Numbered from the stretch's first letter, positions 1 through 8,013 are shown. The stretch: DNA of 64,000 bases from Candidatus Saccharimonadales bacterium (GCA_038317055.1 JBBQBA010000001.1:216153-280152), one strand, 5' to 3'. A program made the numbers and translations. Notes: generated by a model from the sequence alone, not told the origin.

Positions 1-1086
1 TGGTGGCAATGGATCGTCAGCTATTGCATTTTTATTAAGAGTTAGTCCAATTTTATCCAGTGCAGTCTCAGCGACTCCACCATCAATTTCAAACGAGCTA
101 TTAACATCGGCCAACATAAGATGATTATCAGTTCCACCAGTAATTAACTTGAAGTCTCTACTAAGTAGTTCAGTGCTTAGTACTTTGGCATTAAGAATAA
201 TCTGAGCAGCATAATTTTTAAAGTTTGGTTCTAGTGCCTCACCAAAAGCTACAGCCTTAGCAGCAATAGTATGCATGTGTGGACCACCCTGAATTCCAGG
301 AAATACCATTCGGTCAATTAAAGTAGGCAGGTTATCAATGGTTTTATCTACTTTACGAAGAGGATTACTGACAGTTCCCATGCTAAGTATCATTCCACCA
401 CGTGGCCCTCTGAGAGTTTTATGGGTAGTAGTTGTCATGACGTTAAAACCATAATCCAACGGATTTTTAGCTACCCCACCAGCAATTAATCCAGCTATAT
501 GCGCCATATCAGCCATTAACATAGCACCAACTTCCTTACCTATTTCTACAAATTTCTCATAATCTAGTTCTCTAGGATAAGCGCTAAATCCAGCTAGAAT
601 AATTTTAGGTTTATGTTTTATGGCAAGTTCCCTAAGATGCTCATAGTCTATTTCACCGGTTTCAATATTTTTCATGCCATATCGAATAAAATTATATTGA
701 TGAGCTAATATCGTAACTGGCGCACCATGTGTTAAGTGGCCACCATGGCTTAAATCCATTGCTAAAACTGTATCGCCAGGATCAAGCCATGCATGATATA
801 CCGCCTCATTAGCCTGGGCTCCAGAATGAGGTTGAACATTTGCATGGTCACTGTTAAATAATTTTTTCGCACGGTCAATTGCTAATTGTTCTACTTTGTC
901 TGTATTTTCTTGTCCACCATAATATCTTTTTCCAGGATAACCTTCTGAATATTTATTGGTAAACACGCTACCTAAGGCATTTAGTACATCACGACTTACA
1001 TAATTCTCTGATGGAATTAACTCAAGACCTTCACGTTGACGTTTTTCTTCTTTTTTGATTAGATCAGCAATGATTTTATCGTTCAT
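1..1086 (-). CDS. glyA: serine hydroxymethyltransferase; C-terminal end runs off the window start
   Basis: Own reverse translation from ATG at 1086-1084 gives [42 protein letters not shown]. The PLP-lysine motif [12 protein letters not shown] lies near 380-415. The frame stays open to position 1, so it is absent from the ORF track. Confidence 0.9.
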   Translation of the reverse strand, partial: MNDKIIADLIKKEEKRQREGLELIPSENYVSRDVLNALGSVFTNKYSEGYPGKRYYGGQENTDKVEQLAIDRAKKLFNSDHANVQPHSGAQANEAVYHAWLDPGDTVLAMDLSHGGHLTHGAPVTILAHQYNFIRYGMKNIETGEIDYEHLRELAIKHKPKIILAGFSAYPRELDYEKFVEIGKEVGAMLMADMAHIAGLIAGGVAKNPLDYGFNVMTTTTHKTLRGPRGGMILSMGTVSNPLRKVDKTIDNLPTLIDRMVFPGIQGGPHMHTIAAKAVAFGEALEPNFKNYAAQIILNAKVLSTELLSRDFKLITGGTDNHLMLADVNSSFEIDGGVAETALDKIGLTLNKNAIADDPLPP

Positions 1087-1238
1087 TTAACCCCTACAAG
1101 TTCTGATTTAATTAGCATAGTTATTGTAACAGTTAAGATAAGTATATGAGCAAAATTGGTAATGCCAAATAATAAAATTAGTATATACTTCGTATTAGCA
1201 TAAGCCTTAAAACAAACACCTAAAATATAATAAAATAC

Positions 1239-1266
1239 TTGCATATTATATCATATTAGGTATAAT
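1239..1266 (+). promoter_or_regulatory. sigma70-like promoter TTGCAT-16-TATAAT, 9 nt before ATG 1276 (leaderless or near-leaderless)
   Basis: TTGCAT at 1239-1244 and TATAAT at 1261-1266, read directly. There is no Shine-Dalgarno between the box and the start. Confidence 0.4.
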
Positions 1267-1275
1267 TATCTGAAT

Positions 1276-2796
1276 ATGGCAGAAACCAATGAGAAAATTG
1301 GCCAATTAATTTATCAGATAAGACAAGAACGCGGACTTACGCAGACCGAGTTTGCTAAACGACTAAAGACTAGCCAATCAGCGGTTAATAGAATAGAACA
1401 CGGAAAACAAAATTTAAGCTTAGATACACTTGGCAGAATCAGCGATGTACTGAACAAGCAATTAATAAGTTTAGAAGGACAAGGTATAAACCTACGTATC
1501 GAGGGAGGCTATGAACTGAGCGGAGAGATAACGCTCAAGACCAGCAAAAACTCAGCAGTAGCACTACTTTGTGCAAGCTTGTTAAATCACGGTGTAACTA
1601 AGTTTATATCTTTCCCGAGAATTGAAGAAGTATATAGAATTATTGAAGTCCTTGAAAGTATTGGCGTTCAAGTAAAATGGTTACCCGGAAACGATATTGA
1701 AATCCGTCGTCCGGCTAAACTAAATCTAGATAATATGAATAAAGAGGCTGCTAGAAAAACTCGTAGCGTTTTGATGTTTTTAGGTCCGCTGCTTCACGAA
1801 TATTCGGAATTCAAAATACCATATGCTGGTGGATGTAAACTCGGTCGGCGAACTGTTGAACCCCACTTATATGCCCTTGAGGAATTTGGATTAAATATAG
1901 TTGCGACAACCGGACACTACAACGTTACAGTTAAGAAAAAAAGTCCTGATGAGATGGTTTTATATGAATCTGGTAATACCGTAACTAATAATGTGTTGAT
2001 GGCGGCAGCCGGTTTTGAGAACACAACCTATGTTCAAGCGGCAAGTGGTGATTATATGGTTCAAGATCTATGTTATTACCTGCAAAAATTAGGGGTAAAA
2101 ATCGAAGGAATTGGATCACAGTTCTTAAAGATAACAGGCGTGAAAAATATTAAGAAAAAAGTAGTATACGCACCTACCGAAGATCCAATTGAAGCAATGT
2201 TTTTTACAGCTGCAGCAATAGCTACCAACTCATCAATTACTATTAAGCGTGTTCCATACAGATGGATTGCCTTAGAGTTGTTAAAACTAAAAAAGATGGG
2301 CTTAGAGTTTGAACAATCTCCAAGCTATAAAGCAAACAACAATGAAATAGACTTAACTGACATATTGATTAAAAAGCATAACGGCAAGCTACACGCGCTA
2401 GATGATAAAATACATCCTAATCTATATCCTGGATTGAACCCCGATAATATTCCCTACTTTGTTCCAATAGCAGCAGTTGCAAAAGGCAGAACCCTTATCC
2501 ATGATTGGATGTATGAAAATCGAGCAATATATTTCACGGAAATGTCTAAGATAGGTGTACAGATTGAACTTGCTGATCCTCATAGAGTTTTTATTACCGG
2601 TCCGACTAAGTTTTCTAAGGGTGATGTAGTATGCCCACCCGCCCTTCGACCAGCTAGTTTATTGTTAATTGGTATGCTTGCAGCTAACGGAATTAGCATT
2701 CTAAGAAATGTCTATACGATTAATCGAGGATATGAAGATTTAGCTGAACGATTAAATTCCCTGGGTGCAAGAATTAGCGTTCTTAAAGATATTTAG
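1276..2796 (+). CDS. murA: UDP-N-acetylglucosamine 1-carboxyvinyltransferase fused to an N-terminal XRE-type HTH domain
   Basis: The N-terminus IGQLIYQIRQERGLTQTEFAKRLKTSQSAVNRIEHGKQNLSLDTL is a Cro/C1 HTH. The rest carries MurA motifs: TSKNSAVALL, the catalytic Cys loop AGGCKLGRRTVEPH, and C-terminal INRGYEDLAERLNSLGA. Confidence 0.85.
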   Translation: MAETNEKIGQLIYQIRQERGLTQTEFAKRLKTSQSAVNRIEHGKQNLSLDTLGRISDVLNKQLISLEGQGINLRIEGGYELSGEITLKTSKNSAVALLCASLLNHGVTKFISFPRIEEVYRIIEVLESIGVQVKWLPGNDIEIRRPAKLNLDNMNKEAARKTRSVLMFLGPLLHEYSEFKIPYAGGCKLGRRTVEPHLYALEEFGLNIVATTGHYNVTVKKKSPDEMVLYESGNTVTNNVLMAAAGFENTTYVQAASGDYMVQDLCYYLQKLGVKIEGIGSQFLKITGVKNIKKKVVYAPTEDPIEAMFFTAAAIATNSSITIKRVPYRWIALELLKLKKMGLEFEQSPSYKANNNEIDLTDILIKKHNGKLHALDDKIHPNLYPGLNPDNIPYFVPIAAVAKGRTLIHDWMYENRAIYFTEMSKIGVQIELADPHRVFITGPTKFSKGDVVCPPALRPASLLLIGMLAANGISILRNVYTINRGYEDLAERLNSLGARISVLKDI

Positions 2797-2845
2797 TACT
2801 ACCACTTTCGTCCTTTTGGACTCATCAGCATAAATACACATTTAT

Positions 2846-3025
2846 GGAGTGGATGAAGCAGGCAGTATCGGGTTATGCGATTACGCACATCTTGGCGGGA
2901 TTAGATGTTTGTCGAATTAGACCTTCAGATCCCTGCCGGATCCCTGTCGGTTACTGCCCGAATCCAACGGGAAGGTCTAATTATCGCACACACACGACAC
3001 TGTTGTTCCTACTTCATCCACATCT
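2846..3025. ncRNA. candidate structured RNA; family and strand unassigned
   Basis: Nested perfect helices: a 10-bp helix 2849-2858/3012-3021, a 12-bp helix 2915-2926/2971-2982, and the hairpin GATCC-CTGCC-GGATC at 2928-2942. Hand-counted GC is about 47-53%, against 23-35% in lines sampled elsewhere. Confidence 0.3.
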
Positions 3026-3074
3026 TGTGAAGAAAATTATACTTTTCCTCATCGAATATGAAGAACTTGTGAAA

Positions 3075-3506
3075 CTAAATACGAGGGTATGGCTTTTTGC
3101 CACATATGTCCCCATTGACGAGTCGTTGAAATACTGAAGGTCCTGCATTGGAACCGTAAAGATTGTTATACTGATCCAGAAGGACAATTCCATCAGCCGT
3201 AAAAGTGACTTTCAGTTGGATGCCTTCCTCGACCAGAATACCTTTTTCACGAACTTTTGAAATGAATCCACATCCGCGATGAAGCTTTTCTGACAAGTAG
3301 TCCTTTGCGATTTTGACGCTCAAGAAGCTGCTCGCTCCAATTTCGTTGGAGTTGGGTACGTACAAGGTGCTTACTGCAAAGTTGACTAATCCCGACAGAA
3401 CTACGGGTGCAGGAATAGCAAGCTCTCTGAAATCGACGAAATCAGGATTTGTTACTTGGAGTTCCTCCACTTTCTTCTTACGGTCTGAAGCCAATTTAAC
3501 TGCCAT
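3075..3506 (-). CDS. hypothetical protein (orphan, ~143 aa)
   Basis: ORF track 3075..3512. I prefer the second ATG at 3506 because GAGGAAGCGAGGAA lies about 9 nt upstream. The composition is protein-like, but I recognise no motif. Confidence 0.55.
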   Translation of the reverse strand: MAVKLASDRKKKVEELQVTNPDFVDFRELAIPAPVVLSGLVNFAVSTLYVPNSNEIGASSFLSVKIAKDYLSEKLHRGCGFISKVREKGILVEEGIQLKVTFTADGIVLLDQYNNLYGSNAGPSVFQRLVNGDICGKKPYPRI

Positions 3507-3772
3507 ATGCATTTCCTCGCTTCCTCAACCAATCTCGCACTAAACCAGCTACGTGTGTCCCGATAACACATAAGGTGAGGCATAAAACCACAAAAATGAT
3601 GATCTTAAGTCTCACCTTATTAATACTGCCTGTTAAATTACCTCAAACAATATTAAACTCAACTCCTAAGAGGAATTCTAAATTGTAAGATTTATATATT
3701 TTACCATTTATAGCTTTTTTGTCAACTTATATAGTGCTTGAAGTTTTTTAGGGGGAGTAGAATAATGTAGAA

Positions 3773-4261
3773 ATGACTGAGAATATGAGACTGGTAAGCA
3801 TCGTTTTTCTTTTAAAAGAAGACAAGATATTGCTAGCAATGAAAAAACGAGGATTTGGCGAGGGGCTTTGGAATGGTGCAGGAGGAAAACAAGATTCTGG
3901 TGAGACTATTGTACAAACTGCAGTTCGAGAATGTCAGGAAGAAATATTTGTTACTCCGAAGGACATAGGGAAGGTAGCGGTTATTAATTTCTATTTTCCA
4001 CCAGAAAAAGCCGCACAAGGATTTAATCAACAGGCGCATGTTTATGTAAGTAAATCATGGACCGGAGAACCCAAAGAATCTGAAGAAATGCGACCAGAAT
4101 GGTTTGATGTGAGCTCTCTTCCTTACGATTCTATGTGGAGAGACGATACTTTCTGGTTACCTTTGGTTTTAGATGGCAAAAAGATAACTGCAGATTTTCA
4201 TTTTGATAATAATGATGAGGTTCTTAGTCATTCAATTAAAGAAGTAAAATCTTTTTCCTAA
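3773..4261 (+). CDS. Nudix hydrolase, MTH1/MutT-like (8-oxo-dGTP diphosphatase type)
   Basis: Nudix box GGKQDSGETIVQTAVRECQEEIFV. The preceding MKKRGFGEGLWNGAGGK resembles MTH1-type enzymes. Confidence 0.8.
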   Translation: MTENMRLVSIVFLLKEDKILLAMKKRGFGEGLWNGAGGKQDSGETIVQTAVRECQEEIFVTPKDIGKVAVINFYFPPEKAAQGFNQQAHVYVSKSWTGEPKESEEMRPEWFDVSSLPYDSMWRDDTFWLPLVLDGKKITADFHFDNNDEVLSHSIKEVKSFS

Positions 4262-4272
4262 TTCATTTAAAA

Positions 4273-4290
4273 AGACTTCCGTAGAAGTCT
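4273..4290. terminator. hairpin AGACTTC-CGTA-GAAGTCT with an A-run on one side and T-rich sequence on the other (bidirectional)
   Basis: Read directly. It lies between the Nudix stop and the tRNA-His 3' end. On the minus strand it is followed by TTTTT. Confidence 0.45.
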
Positions 4291-4303
4291 AATTTACTGC
4301 TTA

Positions 4304-4381
4304 TGGGGCGAGAGATGGGACTTGAACCCACGACCCCCGGAACCACAACCCGGTGCTCTAACCAGCTGAGCTACACTCGCC
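4304..4381 (-). tRNA. tRNA-His (GTG), CCA encoded
   Basis: Hand-folded cloverleaf. Anticodon loop TTGTGGT. Extra G-1 opposite C73, typical of tRNA-His. D arm TAGCTCAGCTGGTTAGAGC and T loop TTCAAGT. Confidence 0.93.
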
Positions 4382-4448
4382 ATAACTACAGCATTATACC
4401 TATTGATCCCTTGAAGAACAATCAACTACAACAATAAATATACTATTC

Positions 4449-5753
4449 TTAATATGTTCCGGTAGCAATGAAAGTAAGATTTGTTGTATAAACACCCGCA
4501 ACTGCAGTTGGAGCCACGTTACCAACGAAAGCTATTTCACCAGCAGCAACAGAACCGGCTGTAGCAGTAGCAATTTGAGAACCATAAGGGTTCGTTGTTG
4601 TATTTGCGGCATTAGCTGTGTCAAAACCAAAAGTTGCAGTTCCAACTCCACCTCCACCTCCAGTACCAGCTGTTTGAGAAGTAGTACTACAGTTACCACC
4701 ACCAGTATATGGTGCTACGGGAGTTATATTAGTAGTTGCACCGAAACTTGCCCAAGTACATAATCCAAATTGGCTATGTGATGAAGTGTTACCAATAACT
4801 GAAGTGTAAGCCGATCCAGCTGTTACACCCATACCGTCAACCGTATTATAGGCGATAGTGTTTGTGGTTGAAGGAATTGTTGGAGGTGGTCCCGTAAAAA
4901 CTATAGAAGCTCCAAGGGATGCGTTTGTCTGAATATCATATTTTGTTTGTATATCAACAAAAGGAGTAGATGAAAATAATACTCCGTTGGTATTACCTAG
5001 AGTTATAGTATTTCCTGTAGCACCTGAACAAGCCCCACCACCACCATCATAACTTGCAGTGTATACACAAAACGTAATCTGTTCCTGAACCTTAGCATTA
5101 ATAGTAATTTGTTGGACTACTGAAAGTGCAATACCTCCTGCATCGATAAGGCCAGCACCAGGTGTGCTACCTGATGTATAGGCGGTTCCATGAGCTTGAG
5201 TGTCAAATGTTAAAATTCGGGCATAAAATGAGCCAACTGTACTAGGGTTTACCACAGTATTTATGCTGAAAGTAATTGCTGTTGCAGATCCTGTTACTGT
5301 TTGAGCTGTAGCATTAGTTTCCCAAACCAGATTCTTAGCACCATTGAAAGTTGCACCCCAAGATCCAGTAGATGTTGAGAATCCCGTCGGAGTAGTAACA
5401 GTTGAACTCAGCATTGAAAAAGTTGGTGGTGCAGTACATGGATCTCCTATAATCGGATCGTTTGAACAAAAATCAACGTCTATAGCACCAAGGTTACCAG
5501 GTGCACCGGTCGTAAAAGGTTTAAAGGATACGAAGTACGTAGCAATACCAGTCGGACCAGCAACTGAACTAGACATGGTTATTGAACGGGATGAAACTAA
5601 ACCAACTGCTGATGCTGATATTGGAACCAAATTCGATCCTATTAATGTTGCCGTGAAAGCAATAACAGGAACCCAAGCTAACTTCTTAAATAGTCTTTTC
5701 TTTAAAAAACTGGAAACACCTGAATTTAAAACACTGATCTTCTGTTTAATCAT
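4449..5753 (-). CDS. secreted Gly/Thr/Ser/Ala-rich surface protein, function unknown
   Basis: 434-aa ORF. The N-terminal signal-like segment KKLAWVPVIAFTATLIGSNLVPISASAVG is followed by a low-charge, beta-rich composition. Confidence 0.7.
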   Translation of the reverse strand: MIKQKISVLNSGVSSFLKKRLFKKLAWVPVIAFTATLIGSNLVPISASAVGLVSSRSITMSSSVAGPTGIATYFVSFKPFTTGAPGNLGAIDVDFCSNDPIIGDPCTAPPTFSMLSSTVTTPTGFSTSTGSWGATFNGAKNLVWETNATAQTVTGSATAITFSINTVVNPSTVGSFYARILTFDTQAHGTAYTSGSTPGAGLIDAGGIALSVVQQITINAKVQEQITFCVYTASYDGGGGACSGATGNTITLGNTNGVLFSSTPFVDIQTKYDIQTNASLGASIVFTGPPPTIPSTTNTIAYNTVDGMGVTAGSAYTSVIGNTSSHSQFGLCTWASFGATTNITPVAPYTGGGNCSTTSQTAGTGGGGGVGTATFGFDTANAANTTTNPYGSQIATATAGSVAAGEIAFVGNVAPTAVAGVYTTNLTFIATGTY

Positions 5754-5898
5754 ATAGTTATATGTTTTAGGTTTTTAATATTTTACTCCTAGAATGTACT
5801 GTCGTGAATTATAAACATAAACTCTTAACTTATCAAATAGATTAATAGTGTTATCCACAGCTTAACCACTGCATATATTTGAAAGGTAAATCAAGGTA

Positions 5899-5975
5899 TG
5901 GTGCCCCGAGCAAGATTCGAACTTGCGACCTTGAGCTTAGAAGTCTCCTGCTCTATCCAGCTGAGCTATCGGGGC
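5899..5975 (-). tRNA. tRNA-Arg (TCT), CCA encoded
   Basis: Hand fold: acceptor GCCCCGA/TCGGGGC, anticodon loop CTTCTAA, T loop TTCGAAT. The anticodon stem has two terminal mismatches. Confidence 0.85.
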
Positions 5976-5978
5976 ATT

Positions 5979-6053
5979 TGGTGCGGGATACCGGAATCGA
6001 ACCGGTGTCTCAAGTTTGGAAAACTTACATATTAACCGTTATACGAATCCCGC
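5979..6053 (-). tRNA. tRNA-Gly (TCC), CCA encoded
   Basis: Hand fold: acceptor GCGGGAT/ATCCCGC, anticodon loop TTTCCAA, T arm ACCGG-TTCGATT-CCGGT. Confidence 0.9.
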
Positions 6054-6139
6054 ATGTCTTAGGGCTTAAAGTATTATAACAAACCTCTGTTATATCTGTT
6101 ATAATATAGTTAAGAAATCAAACAAAGCGAGGTAATTTT

Positions 6140-8011
6140 TTGAAGTCTATTTTTAATTTTTTTAAGTCATACAAGCTGCTCAGTTTTGTAATTGTTAGCT
6201 TCGTTGTAAGTCTAATTTTATGGCTATTATCCTATCATCTTATTAGTAATTGGATTCTTGGAATTAGTGTAATCATTGCTGTTATTCCCCTACTTGTAGA
6301 TATGTTCACAGACCTAAGGAGCGGTAAATATGGAATAGACATATTAGCTGCAACGGCTATGATCGCCTCTGTTGCATTGGGTCAATATTGGACCGGTATT
6401 ATTATTGCTTTAATGCTTACTGGCGGAGAAGGTCTAGAGGATTATGCAGAAAACAGAGCTAAGTCAGAACTTACAGCCTTACTTCAACGACGACCTACGA
6501 TTGCTCACTTAATAAAGGGTAAAAATACAACTGATGTTAATGTAAAACATATAAAAGTTGGTGATAGAATCAGTATTCTACCCGGTGAAGTAGTACCAGT
6601 TGATGGAATTATATTCGATGGTATATCCAGTTTTGATGAATCTAGTCTAACGGGTGAATCACTACCTGTAGATAAAAAGAATGGTGATCAAATACTAAGT
6701 GGTTCTATCAATATAGAAGGCTCAATTATAGTTAAAGTAATTCGAACCGAAGAGAACAGTCAGTATGCTCAAATAATAAAACTCGTTAAAGCTGCTTCAC
6801 TGAGTGAATCTCCTTTTGTAAGACTTGCTGATCGATATTCAATACCATTTACTGCTGTTGCCTTTCTAATTGCAGGAAGCGTTTGGTTTGTATCTGGACA
6901 CGCTATAAGATTTTTAGAAGTAATAGTTGTTGCGACGCCATGTCCATTACTACTTGCTGCTCCTATTGCTTTAATATCTGGAATGAGTCGAGCTTCAAAG
7001 CACGGAATTATAATAAAAAATGGTTCAGCTATAGAGCGATTAGCCGAAGTTAAAACTGTCGCCTTTGATAAAACCGGAACTCTAACTAATGGCAAACCGG
7101 TAGTTGAAAATCTTGAAGTTTTTAATAAATTTACTAAATCCGACGTACTAAAATATGCAGCAAGTTTAGAACAAAACTCAAATCACATCCTAGCTAGTGC
7201 GATAGTTGCATATTCTACCCAACAAAAAATCAAGTCACGTTCAGCGAAACAAGTAAAAGAACAAGCTGGACTTGGATTAAGTGGACGACTGCAAGGTAAA
7301 CATATCCTAATAGGACGCTGGGATTTAATGAGTGACAACAATATAAATTCACCAAAGAATTTTAAGCCTAATACTCAAAAATCTACTTCTACCTATATTG
7401 CTATTGATGGTGAGCTTGCTGGGGTTTTTAGCTTCATAGATGAGCTTAGACCAAACAGTAAATTAATGATTAGTCGGTTGAAAAATTTAGGTATCAAAAA
7501 CTTCCTTATGATAACTGGTGATCATATGACAGCTGCGAAAAATATAGCAAGTAAACTTGGTATCGATAACATTGTAGCCTCTGCCTTACCATCAGATAAA
7601 ATGCGAACTATCGAAGATATACCAAAAAACGAACGTCCACTTGCATTTGTGGGTGATGGTGTTAATGATGCACCAGTTCTGACACTAGCAGATGTAGGTA
7701 TAGCTCTCGGTGCCAAAGGATCAACAGCTGCAAGCGAAGCCGCGGATGTAGTAATAATGCTCGATGATATAAATAAAGTAGCCAGTGCACTAGAAATAGC
7801 TAAGAGAACCTTTTATATAGCCAAACAAAGTATTCTTATTGGAATATTTATAAGTATTGGTTTAATGGTAATCTTTGCAACTGGTCGGATCAAACCTATT
7901 TATGGAGCTATACTCCAAGAATTAGTCGATGTATTTGTTATCTTTAATGCTTTAAGAGCACATGGTGCTTGGCAAAAGATCAAAAATTCAAAAAACGAAG
8001 CTAGTTTATAA
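6140..8011 (+). CDS. heavy-metal translocating P-type (P1B) ATPase without an N-terminal metal-binding domain
   Basis: DKTGTLT phosphorylation site, GDGVNDAP hinge, TGES-like TGESLP, and the transmembrane motif TPCPLL. TTG start preceded by GAGG. Confidence 0.9.
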   Translation: MKSIFNFFKSYKLLSFVIVSFVVSLILWLLSYHLISNWILGISVIIAVIPLLVDMFTDLRSGKYGIDILAATAMIASVALGQYWTGIIIALMLTGGEGLEDYAENRAKSELTALLQRRPTIAHLIKGKNTTDVNVKHIKVGDRISILPGEVVPVDGIIFDGISSFDESSLTGESLPVDKKNGDQILSGSINIEGSIIVKVIRTEENSQYAQIIKLVKAASLSESPFVRLADRYSIPFTAVAFLIAGSVWFVSGHAIRFLEVIVVATPCPLLLAAPIALISGMSRASKHGIIIKNGSAIERLAEVKTVAFDKTGTLTNGKPVVENLEVFNKFTKSDVLKYAASLEQNSNHILASAIVAYSTQQKIKSRSAKQVKEQAGLGLSGRLQGKHILIGRWDLMSDNNINSPKNFKPNTQKSTSTYIAIDGELAGVFSFIDELRPNSKLMISRLKNLGIKNFLMITGDHMTAAKNIASKLGIDNIVASALPSDKMRTIEDIPKNERPLAFVGDGVNDAPVLTLADVGIALGAKGSTAASEAADVVIMLDDINKVASALEIAKRTFYIAKQSILIGIFISIGLMVIFATGRIKPIYGAILQELVDVFVIFNALRAHGAWQKIKNSKNEASL

Positions 8012-8013
8012 AA

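Noticed and set aside
2846-3025. Identifying the structured element as SRP RNA, tmRNA, RNase P RNA, 6S RNA or a riboswitch.
   Set aside because: - GAAGCAGGCAG superficially resembles the SRP helix-8 3' strand, but there is no GNRA-capped partner helix.
- There is no tRNA-like acceptor or T-arm, as tmRNA would need.
- There is no GGAAAGUCC-type P4 string.
- The architecture is multi-branched, not a 6S-like rod.
- The B12, TPP and SAM cores I tried do not align.

It is left unassigned rather than named.
2844-3543. Plus-strand ORFs 2844..3137 (97 aa) and 3313..3543 (76 aa).
   Set aside because: The first lies over the helix-rich GC-rich segment and translates to an implausible Cys/Pro/His/Arg-rich sequence. 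The second is antisense to the better-supported minus-strand ORF, which has a strong SD. Both are probably by-products of locally raised GC.
5344-5757. Antisense or overlapping ORFs from the track: 4575..4763, 5344..5757, 5879..6079, 6769..7095, 7522..7716, 15309..15998, 19317..19655, 38504..39331, 51016..51225, 55286..55618, 60852..61070 and similar.
   Set aside because: Each lies opposite a gene with clear family motifs, or on top of tRNA genes (5879..6079). Their translations are low-complexity mirrors (Ser-, Val- or Gly-rich) of the sense strand.
5851-5859. Perfect DnaA box TTATCCACA, a possible replication origin.
   Set aside because: Only a single consensus box was found, plus one 7/9 match near 11690. 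There is no cluster, no adjacent dnaA/dnaN and no obvious AT-rich unwinding element.
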